Positions 30,922 to 40,591 of a stretch of DNA of 64,000 nt are shown here, piece after piece. The notes under the pieces are model-generated. The model did no database searches, had not been told where the DNA came from, and saw nothing but the letters and a program-made list of their open reading frames with translations. The position numbers and the translations under genes were made by a program. Each line of letters starts with the position of its first letter. Positions within the stretch are counted from its first letter, which is position 1. The stretch comes from Dehalococcoidia bacterium (GTDB lineage Bacteria; Chloroflexota; Dehalococcoidia; Bin125): contig CAXXNO010000004.1 in assembly GCA_963663235.2 (NCBI GenBank), forward strand, positions 672,001 through 736,000, read 5' to 3'.

Positions 30922-31953
30922 ATGGAGATCGGCAACCACATGGACACTCACGGCGTCGCCATTCGCAGCGACACCGAGTTCTGGCTGGAATCGATTCCGC
31001 CGCAAGACATCCAGCCGGTGAAGTATGCGCAACTCGCCGAGCGCGTAGGCTTCCATTCGCTCTGGTTCTCGGACCACGTCACCTTGCCCTTGCAGACCAC
31101 CAACGTGCACATCGCCAACCCGGAGACGGGCAAGCGGCACTACCCCACGAAGCCGGTCATGTTCGACGCCCTGACCACCATGGCGGCCGTGGCGGTGACC
31201 ACGGAGCGGATCAAGCTGGCGACCTCCGTGCTGATCTCCCCCTACCGCCCGCCCCTGCACGACGCCCGGCAGTTCGCCACCGTCGACTGGCTCTCCAACG
31301 GACGGGTGATCGCCGGCGTGGGCGCGGGCTGGGCCAAGGAGGAGTTCGAGGCGCTGGGCCTGCCCTACGACCGGCGCGGCGACATGACCGACGAATGCAT
31401 CGAGATCTACAAGCGCGCGTGGACGGACGACGTCGTCGCCTTCCACGGCGAGTTCTACAACTTCGACAACCTCTCCATGGACCCCAAGCCCGTGCAGAAG
31501 CCCCACCCGCCCATCGTCTTCGGCGGCCAGTCGATGGCCGGCGCCCGGCGATCGGCGCGGCTCTGCGACGGCTTCTACCCCCTCTTCTCCCATCCCAATG
31601 CCCGCCCCGCTGACAACGATCGCTTCCTGGATGCGATCCGGCGCGAGGCGGAACGCGTGAACCGCGACCTCTCGGACTTCATGCTCATGGGCGTCACCGC
31701 CGCCCGCATCACCGACGCCGACGATCCGGACGTCAAGAAAGACCGGCGCCCCATCTGCGTCGGCACGCCGGAGATGATCCTCTCCGACCTCCAGGGCTTC
31801 GCCGAGGCGGGCTACTCCCTCATGATCCTCTCGCAGGAGACCCGCAGCCGCACCGCCGCCGAGCTATTCGAGCGCCTGGAACAGTTCGGCAACGAGATCA
31901 TCCCCACCGCCAAAGGCTTCAAGCCCGGCGGTGAGTGGATGCCCGTGCCCTAG
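30922..31953 (+). CDS. LLM-class (probably F420-dependent, Rv2161c-like) oxidoreductase
   Basis: AERVGFHSLWFSDHV, TERIKLATSVLI.PYRPP, LSNGRVIAGVGAGW..EEF, PKPVQKPHPPI. Confidence 0.9.
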   Translation: MEIGNHMDTHGVAIRSDTEFWLESIPPQDIQPVKYAQLAERVGFHSLWFSDHVTLPLQTTNVHIANPETGKRHYPTKPVMFDALTTMAAVAVTTERIKLATSVLISPYRPPLHDARQFATVDWLSNGRVIAGVGAGWAKEEFEALGLPYDRRGDMTDECIEIYKRAWTDDVVAFHGEFYNFDNLSMDPKPVQKPHPPIVFGGQSMAGARRSARLCDGFYPLFSHPNARPADNDRFLDAIRREAERVNRDLSDFMLMGVTAARITDADDPDVKKDRRPICVGTPEMILSDLQGFAEAGYSLMILSQETRSRTAAELFERLEQFGNEIIPTAKGFKPGGEWMPVP

Positions 31954-32159
31954 GCCCCGCACCCACACCCGCGCCGTCGCCGGCCGCGACGAGATTTTCT
32001 TCGCTGACCCGTGGCGGGGTGAGAGGGCCGGTTCCGGCGGGGAAAAGAAGGCCGTCCAACTACCAGCGTTCGTCGTCGCCCGCAGCCGAGCGGAGCGGAT
32101 GATGACTCGATCATCGGCATCAAGCGGGATAGTGATCTCGCGATCGAAGTCGAGCCGCG

Positions 32160-32200
32160 TGGGTGCGGCCGGAGGTGAAGACGAAGATGCCGATCTTCAT
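32160..32200 (-). pseudogene. 5' stub of another LLM gene
   Basis: GGAGG RBS then MKIGIFVFTSGRT, after which the sequence is unrelated. Confidence 0.4.
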
Positions 32201-32237
32201 GCGCGGGCCCTCCGCATCGCGATGCGTCTGTCGCTCC

Positions 32238-33087
32238 TTAGCTGCGCCCTTCGATCAGCGTGGCTACCTGATCTAGCACCGGCATCACAGTCTCCGTCGG
32301 GGCGCTAGGCAGCTCGAAGAGGCATCTGTCGACGCCCAGCTCTTGGTACGCGTCCAGCATGCCGGCGTCCGGCTTGGTCCACAACGTGACGCTCACCGAC
32401 TTGGGATCGCGACCGATGCGCTCCGCGCGCTCGCGCAGGTCTTTCATGTCCTCGGCCATCCGGCGCGGCGGCGAGAACAGCGGCAGCCAGCCGTCGGCCC
32501 ACTCCACCACACGCTGGCGGGACCACTTCGTGCTAGCACCGATGTAGATCGGCGGATGGGGCTGCTGCACCGGCTTGGGGCTCACCGTGGTGCGGGGGAT
32601 ATCGACGTACTTCCCGTGATACTCCGCCTCGTCGCTTTGCCAGAGCGCTTTCATCGCCTCCACCCGCTCCCGCGCCACCTGCCAGCGCTCCTTGAAAGGC
32701 GTGCCCAGCGGCTCCATCGCTTCGGCCAGCCAGCCCGCGCTGACACCGAACAGGAAGCGCCCGCCGGAGAGACGGTCCAGGCTGGCCACTTGCTTCGCCG
32801 TGACGATCGGCTCCCGCTCGTTCACCAGACAGATCGCCGTCCCCACTTTCAGCGTCGTGGTGACGGCCGCGAGCGACGCTCAGCGCCACGAACGGGTCGT
32901 AGGAGCGGAAGTACCGTTCCGGCATCTCGATGCTCTTCGTGCCGGGGAAGGGCGTCACCCGCTGCGAGGGAATGTGCGGGTGCTCCGGCATCCAGAGCGA
33001 ATCGAACCCGCGCTCCTCCACGGCCCGTGCCAACGCAGGGACGGGCATCGATTTGTCGGTGAAGAACGTCGAGACGCCGTATCGCAT
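32238..33087 (-). pseudogene. LLM-class F420-dependent oxidoreductase, frameshifted near 32870
   Basis: MRYGVSTFFTD..EERGFDSLWMPEHPHIP..DPFVALS in one frame; GTAICLVNEREP..LDRLSGGR..PKPVQQPHPP in another. Confidence 0.88.
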
Positions 33088-33405
33088 CCGGTCCTGGCCT
33101 TCCTTCGAGATGGCCGCGGCGGGGTTGAGGCAAACGTAGCAGGCACGCCCATTTCAGGGCGTGCTTCCTCTTCAGTACCTTCATCGACGGCTTCCGGAGC
33201 CAGGGCGTCGGCGTCTGGACCGCCGGTGGGGAGGTGGTGCGCAGCGCAGTCCGCACGGCGCTGGCCAGCTGGTTGTTCGTTGAGGAACCAGTCGACGTGG
33301 GCCGCGCGGGCGGCGGCAACCAGTTCGAGATCGGGGACAACCGACCGAGCGACGGCTATCCTACCCATCGAACAACGGTGGACGTCGCGGAGGGGAGTGC
33401 AGCCG

Positions 33406-34590
33406 ATGAGCGTGCGAGGCAAGACGGCGATCGTAGGGTTCTATGAGGTCCCGACGCTGAAGGAGTATCCCGACCGCAACACCATGAGCCTCTTGGCCGA
33501 GACCGCCAAGGGCGCGATCCGCGACGCAGGCCTGCGCAAAGAGGACATCGACGGTCTCATCTCCTCGGAGGCGCTCAATTCCATCACCCTGGCCGAGTGG
33601 CTCAACATCAAGCCACGGTATACGGCATCGATGACGGTGCACGGTTCCAGCGGGGCCAATTCGATCGCGACGGCCGCCTCCGCCATCGCCGCTGGACTCG
33701 CCAACTACGTGCTCTGCATCTTCGGCGGGTCACGGCCGCGCAGCAGCTCGCGCATTGGTGGCGCCCAGCTCCCGCGCGGTGGCGGCGGCGCCGCCAGCGG
33801 CATCACGGAGTGGGAGGCGCCGTTTGGGCCGGCCATCGGCGCCAACGCCGGCTACGGCCTGATCAAGCAGCGGTACATGTACGAGTACGGCGCGACCCAG
33901 GAGCAGTTCGCCAAGTGTGCCGTGGACGAGCGCTTCAATGCGCTCACCAATCCCAATGCCCTCTGGAAGGGGCGGCCAATCACGATTGAGGATGTCCTCA
34001 ACTCGCGCTTCATCAACGATCCGCTGCACCTGCTGGAGTCGGTCATGCCCTGCTCCGGCGCAGCGGCCGTCATCGTGACGACTGCCGAGCGCGCCCGCGC
34101 GCTCCCCAATCCACCGGTCTTTGTTCTGGGGATCGGCGGCCCCGCCACCCGCCACGACATGATCTGGCAGGAGGAGTCGGTGACGACGACACCGGTGATC
34201 CTGTCGGCCCCAACCGCGCTGCGCATGGCGGAATATAACGCCAGCGAGATGCAGTTTGCAGAGTTCTACGACTGCTACACCATTCTCGTCATGATCTGTC
34301 TGGAGGACGCCGGCATCTGCCCCAAGGGCGAGATCGGCCCCTTCTACGAGTCCACCGACACGACCTACAAGGGCACGTTCCCCATCAACACGGACGGCGG
34401 ACAGATCGCCGCCGGCCAGCCCGATGGTACGGCCGGTGGCTTCCGCCACGTTGTAGAGGCGACACGCCAAATCATGAAGAGAGCCGACGATCGCCAGGTC
34501 GAAAAAAGCGACCTGTGCCTCGTCAATGGTTGAGGCGGCACCGCCAGCGTGATGTGCACGCTGGTGCTCGGTTCGAGCGCCACCCTTTAG
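33406..34590 (+). CDS. Thiolase-like (SCP-x/Ltp2-type) protein; in-frame UGA at 34531-34533, probably read through to TAG 34590
   Basis: KTAIVG, DAGLRKEDIDG, EFYDCYT, PINTDGGQ; the C-terminal loop reads LCLVNG-UGA-GGTASVMCTLVLG, completing the family's final GG-strand motif. Confidence 0.85.
34531..34566 (+). other. Candidate bacterial SECIS hairpin
   Basis: Stem CGCCAGCGTG (34542-34551)/CACGCTGGTG (34557-34566), loop ATGTG starting 18 nt after the UGA. Confidence 0.5.
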
Positions 34591-34621
34591 CAGCCAAGCC
34601 GAACAAATTGGGAGGAGTGTT

Positions 34622-35038
34622 GTGGCGGACGAATACACCAAACCGATTCCGCGGCCGGAGAATATCGAACTGACCCAGCCTTTTTGGGACGCGGCGAAGC
34701 GCCACGAGCTCATCATGCCCCGCTGCCGGAAGTGCGCCAGCTACTTCTGGTACCCGCGTCCCCACTGTCCCGACTGTCTCACCGAGGACTGGGAATGGTC
34801 AGCGGTCAGCGGGCGAGGCCGGCTCTACACCTTCACCGTGGTCCGTCAGCCGCAGAACCCCGCCTTCGCGGACGACACCCCGTACGCCTACGCCGTAGTC
34901 CAGCTTGACGAAGGCGTCCGGATGTTATCGAACGTCGTCGATTGCAAGATCGACGACCTGAGCGTCGACATGCCTCTCCAGGCCACCTTCGATGACATCA
35001 CCGACGAATGGACGCTGGTGAAGTTCAAGCCGGCCTAG
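34622..35038 (+). CDS. DUF35 Zn-ribbon/OB-fold protein (thiolase partner)
   Basis: KPIPRP..PFWDAAKRHEL..CRKC..PRPHCPDC, SGRGRLYTFTVV, LDEGVRMLSNVV; GGGAGG RBS. Confidence 0.93.
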   Translation: MADEYTKPIPRPENIELTQPFWDAAKRHELIMPRCRKCASYFWYPRPHCPDCLTEDWEWSAVSGRGRLYTFTVVRQPQNPAFADDTPYAYAVVQLDEGVRMLSNVVDCKIDDLSVDMPLQATFDDITDEWTLVKFKPA

Positions 35039-35042
35039 GCGG

Positions 35043-35201
35043 CCGGGCTGCCACCCCGTCACCTTCACGCAGACCCCCGCCAGCATCCGCCGCGTCGCTC
35101 CCGAGCTGGGCGAGCACACGCAAGAGATCCTGAAGGAGCGGTTGGGGTATAACGACGAGCAGATCGCCGAGTTGGTGATCGAGGGTGTGATCACGTCGTA
35201 G
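35043..35201 (+). pseudogene. C-terminal remnant of a CaiB/BaiF (class III) CoA-transferase
   Basis: PVTFTQTPASIRRVAPELGEHTQEILKERLGYNDEQIAELVIEGVI*; no start codon. Confidence 0.8.
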
Positions 35202-35288
35202 CGCGGGGCTGCGGCCCCACGGCGGTGGAGGCCGATCCCCGAGGGTGCGCGGTCCGCGCTTCGGCCAGCCGTGGGAGGCGACCGCGGC

Positions 35289-35906
35289 TCAGCGCAGAGG
35301 GGAGAACGGCGCGGGGGTGAGAATCCTGGTCTCCTGGCTCACGAGAAACTCACGTGTGGCGGGTGGCCAGTTGGGGTCTTTGAACGCCTCGGCACGAATC
35401 TGGTCGCGGGCTTCGAGACTCTCGTAAGGCGAGATGTGGGTCCACCGGTTGAGAGCGCCGATTTCGGTGTACCAGCACGCCGCCAGCGGCGAATACTTCT
35501 CCCGATGCACGATGGCAGCGGCCCAGCGATCGATCACGGCGGGGATGGAGAGCGGTCGATAGGTGTAGGTCCGCATCTCGTAGATGTTGCCCAACTCCTG
35601 GTCGCGGTCCAGGTCGCGCATGAAGGGCGCGCCCACTCAGATCTCAGACTCCATGTTCAGTAACACGGCTGTGTGTGTGGGCGGCCAGTGCGGGTCCGCA
35701 GCGGCAGCCGCCCGCACTGCCTGCCGCTGGGCGAGGTCCTCATACGGCCAGACATGGATGGCCTGGTTGAGGGCACCCAACTCCGATCGCCAGAACGCCC
35801 CGAGCCGGGAGTATTGAGTCCGATACGGGAGGGCCTCGGCGAACCCTCTCTCGAACTCGGCGAGATCACCCGGGGCGAAGGTGTACGTGCGGACCTCGTA
35901 CAACAT
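35289..35906 (-). pseudogene. Two-domain NIPSNAP family protein interrupted by in-frame UGA (35637-35639)
   Basis: LYEVRTY..HVWPYEDL and IYEMRTY..HISPYESL domains in one frame, joined by ESEI-UGA-VGAPFM. Confidence 0.85.
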
Positions 35907-36326
35907 GGGACGACCTCCTCCACGGCAAGCGACCGCTACGGTTTCCCGGAAGATAGCGGGTGCACCAATCCGTTGTCCTGGGCGGGCGGGGCGACGGTCA
36001 GCCGAGCGCGAAGAGTAACGCCTGGCCGCGATCGGCGCTAGGCGTCGACGTGTGGTGGCTCAATATTCCGTCCGCCCGGTATCGGCTCACGGATCGCGGT
36101 CTGATCGGATCCGATCCGCCAGGTCTAGAGACGGATAAGGTTTCGGGCCGGTACACCTCGCCACGCCCATGGCTCTCCCGAGCATCGAGTGATCAGAACG
36201 TGCTCGCCCGACGTCCGGCGCATCGGCCTCTAGGGCCTGGGTGAGAAGTCCCATCGCAGGATAGTTCACCTGCACCTGGGCTAAGCGTGCAGGAACGAGG
36301 AGCATGAGGCACAGAGACTAAATCTA

Positions 36327-37382
36327 ATGACCGAGCGATTCGATACCGTCGTAGTTGGCGCCGGCCAAGCGGGACTCGCCATCGGGTACTACCTGGCAGA
36401 GCAGGGTCGCGACTTCGTCATCCTCGATGCCGACTCGGAAGTCGGGGGTACTTGGCGGCGGCGGTGGGACTCGCTCCGGCTATTCACGCCCGCCGGGCTG
36501 AGCAACCTCCCCGGGCTGCCGTTCCCCGCTCCAAGCAACCATTATCCGACCAAGAATGAAACGGCCGAGTACCTTGAACGGTACGCGGCCACCTTTCAGC
36601 TGCCGCTGTCGCTCGACACTGCGGTCGAGTCGCTGACACCGCAGGGTGCGTACTATCTCGTCAAAGCAGGGCGGCGCCTCATCGAAGCGCGCAATGTTGT
36701 GATCGCCACGGGCGCCTATCAAGCCCCGTCCGTGCCAGCGTTTGAGTCCGAACTCGATCCCGCGATCGTCCAGATCCACTCAAGTCAGTACCGCAATCCC
36801 GACACGCTGCGCGACGGCGAAGTGCTGGTAGTGGGGGCAGGAAACTCCGGGGCGCAGATCGGAATCGAGTTGGCCGCGTCCAAGCGCACCTGGCTCTCCG
36901 GCCGCGACGTCGGGCGAATCCCGCAAGAGGTCCTCGGACGACCGATCCACTGGTGGCTCTATCGCACTCGCGTGCTGACCGCTACGCGCGAATCCTGGAT
37001 CGGCCGGCGCCTGCACGGGCACGGTGGTAAAGGTGGCGTGCCGCTGATCGGAACCTCTAACGCGCGGCTTGCTGGAGCCGGCGTCGAGCGCGTTCCCCGC
37101 ACGGTCGGCGTCCGGGATGGGAAGCCCCTCCTTGAGGATGGCCGCGTCATGGATGTGGCGAACGTCGTCTGGTGCACGGGGTTCCGTCCGGATTTCAGTT
37201 GGATCAGTTCGCTGGTCCGCGGAGACGATGGCAATCCCCGCCACCACCGCGGCATCGTCCGCGGCGAGCCGGGGCTCTTTTTCTTGGGACTGATCCGCCT
37301 TCACCGACTGGACTCCTCCCTCCTCGCCGGCGTCGGCTTCGACGCCGGCGACATCGCGCAGCGCATCGCTGCTCAAACCTGA
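36327..37382 (+). CDS. Flavin-containing monooxygenase (CzcO/ArsO-like)
   Basis: VVGAGQAGL, WRRRWDSLRLFTP, QIHSSQYRNP, VVGAGNSG, VVWCTGFRPD. Confidence 0.9.
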   Translation: MTERFDTVVVGAGQAGLAIGYYLAEQGRDFVILDADSEVGGTWRRRWDSLRLFTPAGLSNLPGLPFPAPSNHYPTKNETAEYLERYAATFQLPLSLDTAVESLTPQGAYYLVKAGRRLIEARNVVIATGAYQAPSVPAFESELDPAIVQIHSSQYRNPDTLRDGEVLVVGAGNSGAQIGIELAASKRTWLSGRDVGRIPQEVLGRPIHWWLYRTRVLTATRESWIGRRLHGHGGKGGVPLIGTSNARLAGAGVERVPRTVGVRDGKPLLEDGRVMDVANVVWCTGFRPDFSWISSLVRGDDGNPRHHRGIVRGEPGLFFLGLIRLHRLDSSLLAGVGFDAGDIAQRIAAQT

Positions 37383-37628
37383 GCGACGTGCCGCGGGAGG
37401 TCCTCCGAGACAGCAACGCTCCTGGTTCAACCGGGCCACGGCGACTCAGCCGTTTGTCCCTGCCGCGGTGGTTGACGCGAGGGTGACAATGCCGATAGGA
37501 AGCCAAAAAGGGAGGAACACATCATGTCCCTCGAGCAGTCTGGTATCGACGCGTTGGAGCACAACACGAGGCGGCGGTCCCAGAGCGATCTGCATCGATC
37601 GCCACAGGGAGCCTAGGTCAACGAGCCG

Positions 37629-38141
37629 ATGCGAGACGGTCCTCAATCCGAGGGGGATCACGGCGGGTTGAGAGCCCAAGGTGCGGGCCCGTGGGAAGGG
37701 GCACGCGTTGCTCCGGGTTATATCGGAGCCGCGTGGCTGTTCCTGTTCCTGTTCTTCTTGAGGGTCCTGAGCCAAGCCCTTATCGAAATCTTCAACGTCA
37801 AGTTCTTGCCGCCCGTGGAGGAGTGGCGATCCGGCCTCCTTCCTTATCGCATTCTCTTGGCCGCTCAGATCCTGATCCTCGTCGTGATGGGCAAGGTGGC
37901 TACCGACTTCTCGCGAGGCTCCGGGGTCTTCGCCGAGCCGAACCCGTCGCTGGGGCGCCGCCTGCGCCGGGTCAGCTACCCGTATTTCGCGTCGATGGTG
38001 CTGCGCTACGGCATTCGCATGACGGTGCGCCCGGAGGCACGGTGGTTCGGTGGCACAATTCCCATCATCTTTCATTGCGTGCTGGCCACATACCTTTTCG
38101 TGATCGGTTCCTACCACACGCGGCGTGCCCATCTGAACTAA
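37629..38141 (+). CDS. Hypothetical membrane protein (start uncertain)
   Basis: Four hydrophobic segments; FLPPVEEWRSGLLPY and WFGGTIPIIFH. Confidence 0.65.
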   Translation: MRDGPQSEGDHGGLRAQGAGPWEGARVAPGYIGAAWLFLFLFFLRVLSQALIEIFNVKFLPPVEEWRSGLLPYRILLAAQILILVVMGKVATDFSRGSGVFAEPNPSLGRRLRRVSYPYFASMVLRYGIRMTVRPEARWFGGTIPIIFHCVLATYLFVIGSYHTRRAHLN

Positions 38142-38410
38142 GCGCGACTCGCAGTTCGGAGTGACCTCCCTCCAAAAACAGATCCAGGTGCAGTGCGAGA
38201 CTGCACCTGGATCGGGATTCGAGGTCAAGCGCACCCGCCCGCTGGAACTCCGAAGAACGCCTCGGCAGGATCCCGTCGTTCACGCGTCGCGGGGGAGGGA
38301 ACGCGCATCGTTCTCCTTGACTCCGGTGCGAACATCACCGCCTACACCGGCGTATCGGCCATCCGCATCGCGCTGCCGCGACAGCGCCGCAGGCGCGCAG
38401 AGCGCTGGAA

Positions 38411-38734
38411 CTACGCGCTGCCGCGACTGCGGCCTGTCTGCACCCCGAGCGTCCCGTCCCACCAGCGCGGCGACCCGTTCAGCAGCGCAACCAGCTCCTG
38501 ATGCCACTGGCCCTGCGCCGGCCGACGCGCGTTGGTGTAGTAGTTGCGGCTGTTGTCCCAGTAGACGACGCCGCGGATCTCATTCGGAACCTCGCGACCC
38601 ACCGCGACGGTGGAGCGGAGAAAACCCTTAGCGTAGCGGCGCTGCTCGCGGTCCCATTTCCTGAAATGGCGCAGCACCACGCCTCGCTTCCCCGGCTTCA
38701 CCTTGGCGGTGAAGAATGAGACATGCTCAGCCAT
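38411..38734 (-). CDS. Dimeric alpha/beta-barrel (ABM-like) small protein
   Basis: FFTAKVKPGK..GVVYWD..W pattern; AAAGGGG RBS. Confidence 0.65.
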   Translation of the reverse strand: MAEHVSFFTAKVKPGKRGVVLRHFRKWDREQRRYAKGFLRSTVAVGREVPNEIRGVVYWDNSRNYYTNARRPAQGQWHQELVALLNGSPRWWDGTLGVQTGRSRGSA

Positions 38735-38864
38735 CGCGTCCCCCTTTTCGTCTTGTGCCGGAGAGAAGACTACATCGCCGCCTGTGGTGGCGCTTCCCAC
38801 CGATGCGGAAGCTCTCGCGATGACGGGCACGATCTCGCGATCGTGGGCGCTGCTACGTCGCGCT

Positions 38865-40013
38865 TCAGGCGAGGGCGGCGATCCCCGCCACGGCGATCAC
38901 TGTCCCCACGACCGCCCAGCGCGTGATCTGTTCGCGCAGGAAGATCATCGCCAGCGGCAGTCCGATGAGCGGGGAGACGGAGAACACGGCGATCGCTTGG
39001 CCCGCGCCGATCTCCTGGATGGCGACGATGATCAGCAGGCTGGAGACGCCGGTTCCGAGAATGCCATAGAGCGCCATGGCGCTCATGGTCCGCCGGTCCA
39101 CGTTGCCCGCGCGCAGGTGGGAGTTCGGCCACAGCCACGCCCCCACGCCGAGCACGCCCAGGATGAGCGGCACCCGCACGATGGCGGCGGCGGAGGGGTT
39201 GACGTCCACGGCGGCGGCGCGCAGCCACACCGTTGAGGCCGCCCCGCTGGCGCTGGCCGCCACCGCCAGCGCGATTCCGATCGCCAAGCGATGCGCAAAC
39301 GCCCAGCGCACGATCACCGGGAGCGTCGCCACCGCGGACCTCCCCACCGCGCGCGAGGAGCCGAGGAAGAGGGTCGGGAGCACGTCCCGCGGTCGCCCCT
39401 GGTCGTAGGCCGGAGCGGCCGTCGCGGATTCCATCGAGTCGGCGCCCCCACCGGCGATGCGCCACCGAGGGCGGCGGCGCGCCGGACCGTGCCGCCGCGC
39501 GGCCGTGATGGAGAGCGCCGGCGGGGCGATGCTGGGCGGGCGAGCGGAGCGTGGCTCCGGTGCGGCCCCTGCGGCACCGGCGCGGGGCCGGCCGTACAGG
39601 GCTACGAGGTAGACCCCGGTGAGCACCAGCGCCGACCCCAACCCGTCCTGCCACGTGACGGCGTCGCCGAGGAGGATCGCCGCGAAGATGAAGGTCAGCA
39701 GGACGATCAGGCCCGTGATGATGGCGAACGGCCGCACCAGCCCGAGCAGGGCGATAGCAGCCGCGGTGAGCGTCACAGTGATCCCGGTGCCGAGGAATCC
39801 CGCCATCGACAGTTGCCACATGTTGTGAAAGCTCATGGCGGCGAGGTCATCCAGCCCGCCCAGCGCGAAGAGGGCCGCCACGAAGAACGCGCCCGACCAG
39901 ATCGCCTGAATGAATATCAGCGTGAGTGTGTCGACGCGCGCCGTCTGCGATGCCAGGAAGGTGCTGGCCACCGCCCACGCGGCGGCCGTACCGAGGGCCG
40001 CGCCGATTCCCAC
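38865..40013 (-). CDS. EamA/DMT family transporter with a long inter-domain insertion
   Basis: ALGTAAAWA, AAILLGDAVT..G, SPLIGLPLAMIFLREQIT..VVG. Confidence 0.8.
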   Translation of the reverse strand: MGIGAALGTAAAWAVASTFLASQTARVDTLTLIFIQAIWSGAFFVAALFALGGLDDLAAMSFHNMWQLSMAGFLGTGITVTLTAAAIALLGLVRPFAIITGLIVLLTFIFAAILLGDAVTWQDGLGSALVLTGVYLVALYGRPRAGAAGAAPEPRSARPPSIAPPALSITAARRHGPARRRPRWRIAGGGADSMESATAAPAYDQGRPRDVLPTLFLGSSRAVGRSAVATLPVIVRWAFAHRLAIGIALAVAASASGAASTVWLRAAAVDVNPSAAAIVRVPLILGVLGVGAWLWPNSHLRAGNVDRRTMSAMALYGILGTGVSSLLIIVAIQEIGAGQAIAVFSVSPLIGLPLAMIFLREQITRWAVVGTVIAVAGIAALA

Positions 40014-40229
40014 CGTTGTCGCTTTCCGTTTTCACGCTTTGGCCGCAGCCGCGACGATCGCGTGTCTACGCATCGTAGGCGCTGCGACTCCGTCGGCCTC
40101 ACCTTGGGGGGTGCGTCGGCTATTACAGTCAGACTCTCGCACGATGACACCCCGCCCGGCCGCCCGCCATCGTCATCGAAGACGTGCTCTGCATTGGGCC
40201 CATCAGCGGACGCGCCACGATGATGGCGC

Positions 40230-40407
40230 GCTGCTAGACTTTCCGGCCGGCGGCGACGCAGGACCGCATCGAGCGCTCTGACACATCGCTCGCGTGGATC
40301 GGCTCCGGTGCGTCGGGGGCCTCGGCGCAGGCACGATGAAGAGATCGCCCAATGGCCCCGAGCGATGCGAGCGCCGCGAAACCTACGCTAGATCCGGTGC
40401 AGCCCTG
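40230..40407 (+). pseudogene. Promoter plus 5' stub of a fourth hydantoinase B gene
   Basis: Near copy of 27027-27205 including GCTGCTAGACTTTCCG and MAPSDASAAKPTLDPVQ, then unrelated sequence. Confidence 0.85.
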
Positions 40408-40591
40408 CGGGAATCGTCGCGTGATTCCGCGGCGACACGGCCGGGCCGTCGTTCCTCACGATCGAACGGGCAAAGACGCCGCGCGGACCGATGAACAATT
40501 ACCTTCTCGGGACCCTCTTCACGCGGCTCCGCGGCGAGGCGTCTTGCACGCCAACGCTCCCGTCTCCAGCCAGCGGCGCGATGCCTCCCGG

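Noticed and set aside
32692-33405. N-terminal extension of the thiolase ORF (613 aa in the track)
   Set aside because: Antisense to the LLM gene; the real start is ATG 33406 after GGAGGGGAG.
34531-35639. Genome-wide UGA=Trp (code 4) as the explanation for two in-frame UGAs
   Set aside because: ilvE, ilvB, leuA, gdhA and both amidases end at TGA at their expected C-termini, some with TGATG/ATGA coupling; Trp is TGG elsewhere.
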